Of a stretch of 64,000 bases of DNA, positions 57,501-64,000 are shown piece by piece (positions within the stretch are counted from its first letter, which is position 1; the number at the start of each line of letters is the position of its first letter). The stretch spans positions 178,506 through 242,505 of the forward strand of contig CBFFRQ010000041.1 in NCBI GenBank assembly GCA_965644315.1, read 5' to 3'. Position numbers and translations under genes: made by a program. The DNA is from Caecitellus pseudoparvulus (taxonomy: Eukaryota > Protista > Bigyra: Bicosoecida). The notes under the pieces were generated by a model, which saw nothing but the letters and a program-made list of their open reading frames with translations, ran no database searches and was not told where the DNA came from.

Positions 57501-58226
57501 GAGGCTGCCGCCAAGAGTGCTCTGACCAGTGCTGGCGCCATCCAAGAGAGCAGCACTGCCACAAGCGCTGCCATGGCGACAGTGGAGGGCGAGGTGCGTG
57601 AATTCGGCGCGAGCGGCCTGAAGGAGGTGGCTGCCACAGGCCACACACCCGCCAAGCGCACGTACGAGGCCCCCGTACGGCTCACGGTCGCCAGCCCGGA
57701 GGACCGCATCTTGACGCGGTACCGAGCCCACGTGGCCGATGCCGGGGACGCGGCGGGCTTCCAGCACCTGACACAGGTGACTGAGGCGGTGGCTCCCGTC
57801 GGCACGCAGCTGATGGCGGCTGCGCCTGCCGCCACCGCCAGCGTCCCATCCCCCGCGCCCGCCAAGGCACCCGCTGCCCAGAGCCCCGAGGCAGTTGACA
57901 TGCTGGCTGGAGAGGATGAGGAAGCGCCTGCCGTGGCAGCGGCCAGCCCTGCCACCACCAAGTCATCAGGCCGGCACTCCACGGACAGCAGCGTGACCAC
58001 CACCACGACCACGAGCACTGCCAGTGCTGCGACAGCACGCGGTGACTCCGAGAACGTGGCTCCTGCGGGGGCAGTGACAGGTGGAAAGAAGAAAACGACC
58101 TCTACAAGCCGCTCTCGCTCCCGCACCGGCATTCGCCGCGGCAAAGCCAGCGGCCTGCCCGCGCCCCGAACTGGCTCCCGTCGCCGCACGCGCGCAGCAG
58201 CGCTCACCGCGTCCACCTCAAACTGA
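54593..58226 (+). CDS. kinesin-5 (BimC/Eg5)
   Basis: FAYGQTGTGKTYTMEG, SSRSH, LVDLAGSENIGRSGA, a DGVYL stalk motif and the BimC box TGHTPAKR. Introns 54667-54734 and 54868-54938. Confidence 0.93.
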
Positions 58227-58328
58227 TCGCTTGGCGCCTTTCAAGTGTGAGACTGCTGTGAGGCTGCCTTGCGCTTGTGCCGCCCTGCCGGGCACCTGAA
58301 TGCACAACCACTGACACGCCCGCCACGT

Positions 58329-59091
58329 TCAAGACGCAGCTGTGAAGGGCATCTGCAGGGGTGACTCCACTGCCAGGTAATCTGACACGCTCATCCCAAG
58401 TGAATCTGTGCGCAAGCCTGCGTTGAAGTTGATGGACGTGCCTTGTTCCACAAGCGACGGGTCCAGCAGCGTGACGACGTGCGCCGTGGACGGCTGGGCC
58501 TGCTCCGAGGCGGGGCCCTGGGCGGAGAAAAGGCTTCCAAACGGGGGCACCGCACCGGAAAGGCAGTGGGCTACGGACCACACTGCCTCGGGGCTTGCGA
58601 GTGATGTCTTGCGTCCCAGGGCTTTCCTCAGCGTGCCCCAGTCCACGCGCTGCACAGCAGACATGACCAGGAGGGCGAAGCGCGCCTGGGGGAAGTCGAC
58701 ATGAAGGCTGCTCTTCTTTGGGAGGGCCACAAGCATGGCCTTGGCTCCGCTCGCCAGAGTGGCCCCTCGGATATCAGCAGCCTGCGGGGCGGGTGAGGAT
58801 TGTGTGCGGGAGGCCAGCTCTGTGATTCAGTCAGCGTGTGCGTACCTCTTGAGAAGTTTTCACTGGCGCATGGTGAGTGTGTTTGAAGGACACCTTCCGT
58901 GACGTCAAAAGCATCTTGATCTCTTCGAACATATGCGGGTCTTCTTCGGTTGGGATGACGCATTGCTGTGGTGAGGCAGCAGCTGCCGCCGCTGGCGTGC
59001 TAGCTGCGGATTTCGCTCGTGAACCAGCCTGCCTGCCTTGCGCCTGCACTTGCAGGGCATACAACGAAGTCAAGGTGGACAGCTCGTCCAT
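58329..59091 (-). CDS. stand-alone YbaK/ProX-family aminoacyl-tRNA deacylase (YeaK-like)
   Basis: AKAM (conserved Lys), SLASPE, GAVPPFG and INFNAG. Intron 58845-58782. Confidence 0.8.
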
Positions 59092-59270
59092 CGCGCATGA
59101 GCATTTGGAACAGTGCCAGCAGTGCTGCACGGGGGTGTAACGCCTGACATGGTTGCGAGAGCAATCTGATAAAGCAGGTTTGAGGATTGTGCTGCATTGA
59201 GCGACAGCATCAGCCCTCCCGCAAGACAAAACAAGAGCAGACTCAACATCGTCCGAAGGGCGGCTCGGAC

Positions 59271-62109
59271 TCAAGCGTCGAAGTCGGCAGCCACGTCCTC
59301 AGTGCCCAGCAACGTGTCGGGCGCCACCATCACGACGCGCTCCTCATCTGGCACCCTGCTGCCATCTGCCCGCTCAGCTTCGTCTGTGTACACAAGCACA
59401 CCGTCCGTGTTCACCAAGCGCTTGATGACCTTCTGCGCGAGGCGGACTTTGGCTGCCACTTCGTCCATGTCAGTGGTTCCCGACTCTGTCGCCTGGAGCC
59501 ACCAGGCAATGAGGTCGGAGACAACCATGCCGGGGTTGAACCTGGGGTCAGAAGCAGCAGCAGCATCTGCTGACAAAGCAGGCACACCCCCAGCCGCTTC
59601 GATGGCATCCTCTGCGTCGGCTTCTTGTTCCCTCAGCCGCAAGACGAATTGCCGCATCATGCGCTGGTAGTCTTCGTACGTGATCTGGCTCCTCTGCCGC
59701 GGGGCTGCAGGCTCCCCACCTGCTGTGGAGTCAGGGGGTGGGGTGCCAGGGGCAGCTGCGGCCTCAGCCTCCGCAACTGTGCGTGCAAGGTGGGCCGCTT
59801 TGTCGGACCCCATTTCCTCGTCCAGCTCCAGCCGCCCCGTGTCCACGTGGATGATGCTCTTGCGCAGGAGGCGGAACGCTTCCAGCACGTACTCCACTCG
59901 CACAAAGTTGTCCAAGTGTAGTCTGGCGAGGGCCTCCGAGAGACGGATCATCGACTCCAGCTGGCGCACGGTGATGCGGAAGGCCGTCTGGCTAGCCCCC
60001 ACCGCATCGCTCTGCCGCAGGCGACGATAGCACGACACAATGGCAGCATTGGCCTCAGGGGTCAGCTGCGGAGTGAACGTGCGGGCATACCTGACGAAAC
60101 GCTGCAACAGTTCCATGGGAACCGCCTCTGCCAAAGACGTGTCTTGTGCCTGGTGCACTGCCACAATGTGCTTGGCGATGGACTCGTCCTGCACCTCGTC
60201 GCACTCGTCGAGAATGACAAAGAACAGGTCAAAACGAGACATAATGGGCGGCGAGATGGCCACATTGTGCCGGAGGGTTTTGGAGCGGTCGTAGCGCCCG
60301 TAAATGGGGTTAGCGGCTGCCAGGATGGACGCTCGAGCGTTCAACGTGGCTTGGATGCCCGCCTTGGTGATGGAAATGGTCTGCTGCTCCATGGCTTCGT
60401 GAATGGCCACTTGATCTGCAGGGTCCATCTTGTCGAACTCGTCAATGCAGCAGATGCCGTTGTCTGCCAACATGAGCGCGCCGGCTTCGATGGTGAACTC
60501 CCCCGTGTCAGGGTCCTTGGCCACCGACGCTGTCAGCCCAGCAGCTGACGACGCCTTGCCGGACGTGTACACGGCTCGCGGCAAAAACTTGCACACATAC
60601 TTGAGAAACTGCGACTTCGCTGTGGAAGGGTCCCCCACAACGCAGACGTTCACGTCCCCTCGCAGGCGGATGCCGTCGGCTGTGCGCTTGTGCACACCAC
60701 CGAACAACTGCAACAACACCCCACGCTTCACCTCTTCATGGCCAAACACCGTCGGAGCGATGGAGGACACCAGGCGCTGGTACAGGGTGCCCTGGTACTG
60801 CTCTGCCAGCTGCCGGCACTCCTCCTTTTCCTCTGGTGTGAACTCGGCAGCCTCAGCAGCCATGTCCGCATCCTCCGCAGAGCCCAGGCGTTGGCTGCCG
60901 TCCCGCTGCACAGACGAAGCCAGGAAAGCTGTGCGGTAGGTGAGGTCTCGCACGCCCAGGTCACGCAGACCCGTGATGCCGTCGTACATGACGCCCTTGC
61001 CGTCACCGCCCGAGCGCCGTGCGGACACTGGCACCTTGCCTGTCTTCATCAGCTGCGCGACATCTGGCACGACAATGAGCGTGCCGGTGAAAGTGCACTT
61101 GTCACCGGCCTTGGCCCTCTCCACTGCCCCGTGGCGCAGAATGACGTCCACGGACCGCGGCATGGAGCCAGGCGGGATCTCGTCTGCGTTTTCCTGCACC
61201 CGTACCCGCTGCCAGTCCACGAAGCGAGACATGTGGGGGATGAGCTCCCACTCCCGTGTGTTGGTGCACTGCTTGTTCCTGCACCGCGTCGGCTGGCTGA
61301 ACACGAACTGCTGCTCGACCGGGTCACTCAAGCTGGCACAGGCGCCGCACTTGAACACGCCGTGCAACAGCTCAGGGCGCACCTCAGACGTGCGGGTCAC
61401 TGTGCCATTGATGGACACAAGGCAGCCAACTTCCCGCATCTTCAAATCGCGCACTCTGCACAGTGGGGGGACACACGAGCAGCGTGCCGCTAGCTGCAGC
61501 CTGGCAAGCCAAGCGGCTCCACTCACTTCAGCTGCGCTCCCATGTTGTAGAAAGCCACGAAAAACTCCTTGGGTTCCCCCTCTTGGTTTGCGAAGTCAGG
61601 GTGGTATTCGTGCACGACGCTCTGCACTGCTTTCCGCAAGAATGGCTCAAAGCGGTAGTACTCCTCAGCGACAGCCGCTGCCAGCATGTGCTCGTAGGTT
61701 TGCAGGTGGCTGAAGTCCACGAATAGCGTCTCTTGATCGTACTCCTTCATGGTGGATATTTGCATGATGTACTCCTGCGCAGGGCCGGCGACACAGGTGC
61801 TCGTGTGTCACGCCGCTCTCCTGGCGGGTCGGATGTTTGAAGGGCAGCCGAGCCCCACTCACATCCACGGCACGCTCCACGTCGGCACCAGACTCTGGGT
61901 CCCGCACAGTCACGGTATTCGTGTACCTGAACATGAAGCGAGCGTATTTACAGTGTGATGGCTGCAGGGGGGGCGTGTGCCGCTCCCGACACGGCGCCGT
62001 GTGTCGGTGTGTCGGTGCAGCCAGAAACCCACGTCTTGAGGAAGTTGGCGAAGCGCCCCTGCACGATCTCGCCCGCCTGATCCTCAAACCTCGCGCTCTG
62101 AACAGCCAT
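59271..62109 (-). CDS. MCM6: DNA replication licensing factor MCM6
   Basis: VTRTSEVRPEL, QENADEIPPGSMPRS, GLRDLGVRDLTY, VGDPSTAKSQFLK, IDEFDKM and MSRFDL. Introns 62032-61927, 61862-61775 and 61526-61456. Confidence 0.95.
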
Positions 62110-62677
62110 CTTGGATCTAGTGGCGGGTTCGCTTCAGTTTACTGCTGACAACGTTGCGGTGCTCCAAGGAGACGGCAGCGGCAGTGTGGTGTCAGCTCCT
62201 CTGCCGCAGTGCTGGTGCAGTGATGCAGGAGCAAAGCTCAGCGCCGCAGGGAACAAGTCGGAAGGCGGGGGAGGATGCAAAAGTTCGTGGCATCAACCTG
62301 ACACAGCATGGGCGACCCAGCTGCAGCGTACGGTGATTTGCGAGCGCTCACAGATTGGACTTCAGCTCAAGAATGCGCCCACTGCCGCACACCAGAAGAG
62401 GGCGGAAATCACCAGAAAAAACAAAACAACTACGGACCACCCAAGAAAATAAAGAGTTTCTCGCCCACGCCAGCCCTCTGCCCTGCGCTTGCTGTGAGGC
62501 AGCACTTCAGGTCGCGGCGAAAGTAGCGTTTCAGAGAGCGCCAGCGAAACGCTGAACTGGTCAGGCCTGCATCGCGCTACACCCGCTGCGTCGCCACTGG
62601 CTGGCTCGGTGCTCAAGGCGTGCCCAATCAGACACTTCCATTGACAGGGACTACAACCGCAGCGTGGCAGGACAGCA

Positions 62678-64000
62678 ATGGCGCTGGAAGAGCCAGTATT
62701 GTCGCAGCCTCCCGTGAGGCGCAGGCCTGCCGTGCAGCCATTGCAGACCGGCCCCAAGGACATGGACGAGGAGGGGAATGTGAGAGGGCTGCGGGCAGGG
62801 CTTGGTCTGAAGCTGGACGTTGGTATCGACTTGGACTCCACAGCTGGGACAGCCGTGCCGCTGCGTGACACGCTGTCCTCTGCAGAGGGAGGCGCAACTG
62901 CTGGGCCTGGCTTGAGCGTCACGCGCAACCAGGAGCTCGGGAAGGAGCTGTTTGGAACCTTGGGGGGCATGGGGGGTGCAACTGCAGGGGCTCGGACGAC
63001 TGGCTCGCGGCTGGAAGCAACGTCTTACTCCCTTGGCTCAGACACGGCGGGGAAAGGGTTGGCTGCTGGTGGCGCTGATGCCCCGGCGAACCTGAGCATG
63101 GGAGCGGGCAGCGTCGCCCTCAGCTTCGGCAGCCAGACTGGGGGGCCCACCATCGTGTCCGACGCTGACGAAGCCAACTTCCTGGCGCTCGCAATGGGTG
63201 GCGGCGACGCTACCATCTCCTCCGCAGGAGCGCAGGCAGGCGGTGGGGGCGGAGGGGGCTTGGCCCTGCCCAGTCACGGCGACGATGATGACTCAGACGA
63301 TGGCGTGTGGGGACCTCCTCGGGGCGGGCGGGGGGAGGACTTTGCTGGGGATGCATCCTTGGGGCGTGAGCTCGGCATGGCGCTGGATGTCGCCGCCTTC
63401 GGCCCCGGTGGGCAGGAGCGGGAGGATGACTCAGACGACGGCTTACTGGCTGCCTGGGCGGCGGGGGAGGACGTGGACGCAGGCAAGGACCGTGCCACTG
63501 GCACTGCCAACCCCTTCGCGGGGGGTGCTGGCGGCCTGGGTCTCAGCTTTGATGTGGAGGCTGTGAACGCCGCCGCAGCAGCAGCTGGGGAGGAAGACAG
63601 CGACGGAGACCTTGGCTTCCTTGCCGCCCTGCGAGGCGGCAGCGACGGCGAGCCGTACGGCTCTCCTCCGGCTGCAGGGAAAGGCGGCATCCCCTCTGCA
63701 GGCGAAGTGATCGCGGGCATTGACATGGGGGAGGCGTCCGCCCGTGGCGCAGTGGACAAGTACGACATGGGGGAGGGCGGGCAGCTGCACTTGGGGGGCA
63801 AGCACATCTCCGAGCGGGGCATTCACGGGGCTGCTGGGGATGTGCCTGACCCCAGCACCTCCTTCAAGAACACCTCTGTGCGCGTGGGGGTGCTGGGTTC
63901 TGGGGCAAGCGGCCGGGTGTACAAGGTCGTGCACGTGCCGTCCCTGACCGTGGTGGCGGTGAAGAGCATCCCAGTGTACGACGTGAGCAAGCGGCACCGG
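62678..64000 (+). CDS. MAP kinase kinase (STE7 family), 5' part; runs off the window
   Basis: The frame from ATG 62678 (absent from the ORF track because it has no stop here) matches that of VLGSGASGRVYKVVHVPSLTVVAVKSIPVYD. An N-terminal RRRPAVQPL resembles a MAPK docking motif. Confidence 0.75.
   Translation, partial: MALEEPVLSQPPVRRRPAVQPLQTGPKDMDEEGNVRGLRAGLGLKLDVGIDLDSTAGTAVPLRDTLSSAEGGATAGPGLSVTRNQELGKELFGTLGGMGGATAGARTTGSRLEATSYSLGSDTAGKGLAAGGADAPANLSMGAGSVALSFGSQTGGPTIVSDADEANFLALAMGGGDATISSAGAQAGGGGGGGLALPSHGDDDDSDDGVWGPPRGGRGEDFAGDASLGRELGMALDVAAFGPGGQEREDDSDDGLLAAWAAGEDVDAGKDRATGTANPFAGGAGGLGLSFDVEAVNAAAAAAGEEDSDGDLGFLAALRGGSDGEPYGSPPAAGKGGIPSAGEVIAGIDMGEASARGAVDKYDMGEGGQLHLGGKHISERGIHGAAGDVPDPSTSFKNTSVRVGVLGSGASGRVYKVVHVPSLTVVAVKSIPVYDVSKRHR

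Noticed and set aside
1-64000. CRISPR arrays, transposons, endogenous virophage or viral inserts, rRNA, alternative genetic code
   Set aside because: I saw no spaced repeats, no transposase/integrase/capsid ORFs and no AT-rich island. Conserved proteins translate with the standard code, and TAA, TAG and TGA all act as stops.

Overview
This is gene-dense, GC-rich eukaryotic nuclear DNA, not prokaryotic. I modelled about 26 protein-coding genes by hand. They carry 44 short GT-AG introns (41 of them 59-106 nt, all with G at donor position +5), and intergenic gaps are tiny. Recognisable products: a 2OG-Fe(II) oxygenase, eS1/RPS3a, a DEDDy 3'-5' exonuclease, a MARK/SNF1-type kinase, ABCF, the PP2A A subunit, a Pho88/Snd3-ankyrin fusion, a large type-I surface protein, Jouberin/AHI1, PACRG, a PH-domain protein, LZTFL1, QCR9, PKA-C, a DEK-N/HMG-box fusion, a giant SOS1-type Na+/H+ antiporter, MFAP1, kinesin-5, a YbaK/ProX deacylase, MCM6 and a partial MAPKK. 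The ciliary genes indicate a flagellated protist; a stramenopile-like heterotroph is my guess, not shown by the sequence. The strongest unexplained signal is the hexamer AATGCA, which lies on the sense strand within about 100 nt of the stop codon in 20 of 25 genes. It behaves like a non-canonical polyadenylation signal, and two convergent gene pairs share a single palindromic AATGCATT. Two divergent-promoter gaps also hold strand-biased fold-back elements that may be unannotated ncRNAs. I saw no rRNA, tRNA, transposon or CRISPR features. All exon models and counts were done by eye and need RNA-seq confirmation.
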